Source of the DNA: Octopus bimaculoides
Taxonomy: Eukaryota
DNA: 48,620 nucleotides
Assembly (NCBI RefSeq): GCF_001194135.2
Contig: NC_068990.1
Location: 6,132,017-6,180,636, forward strand
Reading direction: 5' to 3'
Below are positions 47,771 through 48,620 of the stretch, piece after piece (the first letter of the stretch is position 1; each line of letters begins with the position of its first letter). The position numbers and the translations under genes were made by a program. Below the pieces are notes generated by a model. It had not been told where the DNA came from and did not search any database. It was given only the letters and a program-made list of their open reading frames with translations.

Positions 47771-48057
47771 AATAATAATCCTTTCTATTATAGGCACAAT
47801 GCCTGGAAATTGCAATCTCTGCCAGTTTGCAGCCTTCCATAAATTCTAATTTTGGTCCAGGGCCACCAATTTTGAGGGTAGACTGAAATCGAAACCATTG
47901 ACCCCAGCACTTGACTGATACTTTATTTTATCGATTCCGAAAGGATGAAAAACAAAATTGATCTGGGAGAGATTTGAGCTCAAGAACGTAAAGAGATGGA
48001 ACAAACTCCGCTTAGCATTTTGTCCGACGCACATTTTGACTGCCAGCTCGCCGCATT
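47771..48057 (-). mobile_element. SINE family B with (TTA)n tail (AATAATAAT on + strand), 3' end partly duplicated
   Basis: AATAATAATCCTTTCTATTATAGGCACAA..TTTTATCGATTCCGAAAGGATGAAA..GCCAGCTCGCCGC. Confidence 0.82.
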
Positions 48058-48148
48058 AAGAAAATGAAGGTATAGGAATTTGCGCTTATAGGCGATGTAG
48101 TTCTTTTTAGCTTGTATCTACGTGTGCGAGCGCGTGTCTGCGTGGTGC

Positions 48149-48183
<35 letters not shown>

Positions 48184-48518
48184 CGTGTGTGCGTCCGTGT
48201 GTGTGTGAGTACGCGCATTTATATGTGTCAGTTCTAAAAGAAACCTTTTCCTAAGAATACATTCAAATACATTCAATTCAGTTGTCAGAAAATATGACAC
48301 ACAGGCATAAGTATCTGAATAAGAACTGCCAACATTGAAACAATTGTTCAGCATCCAGCTCTATGTATGTACTTCTTAAACGAATTAACAATGCATAGTC
48401 AATAGCAATAGTTTTGTACTTAATGTAATAAGCAAATATAGAGGTAAGGAAATACGCGCGCGCGTGTGTGTACACTCGTATGTATGTGTGTATATGCTTA
48501 AAACATTAGATGTGCAGG

Positions 48519-48599
<81 letters not shown>

Positions 48600-48620
48600 G
48601 CATAGGTGTATATATATATA

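Overview
AT-rich, repeat-saturated eukaryotic DNA. The SINE families and microsatellite-flanked N gaps suggest an octopus short-read assembly (inference). Eight N gaps (1340-1529, 6173-6571, 21680-21962, 25748-26024, 27060-27379, 35170-35767, 39629-40086, ~46209-46450) and microsatellites generate most ORF-track entries. No host protein-coding gene can be supported. The window is a layered transposon graveyard. Retroelements: Penelope-like (PLE) fragments of several types, RTE, CR1/L2, R4/Dong and HERO/NeSL LINE fragments, an intact L1/Tx1-type ORF1, and at least four SINE-like families. DNA elements: an internally deleted mariner nested in an RTE, a long-spacer DDxE (Sailor-like) transposon with TIRs, a decayed hAT, a Tigger-like MITE, a Helentron-like element, a 1.1-kb TIR element inserted in a SINE, and a ~1.6-kb foldback palindrome. 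The most notable signals are two candidate minimal hammerhead ribozymes (one with a compensatory U3:A8 core, just upstream of a PLE-like ORF start), the Sailor-like DD79E element, the large foldback and the solo intact ORF1. All alignments and translations were done by eye; SINE and remnant boundaries are approximate (about +/-10-20 bp).
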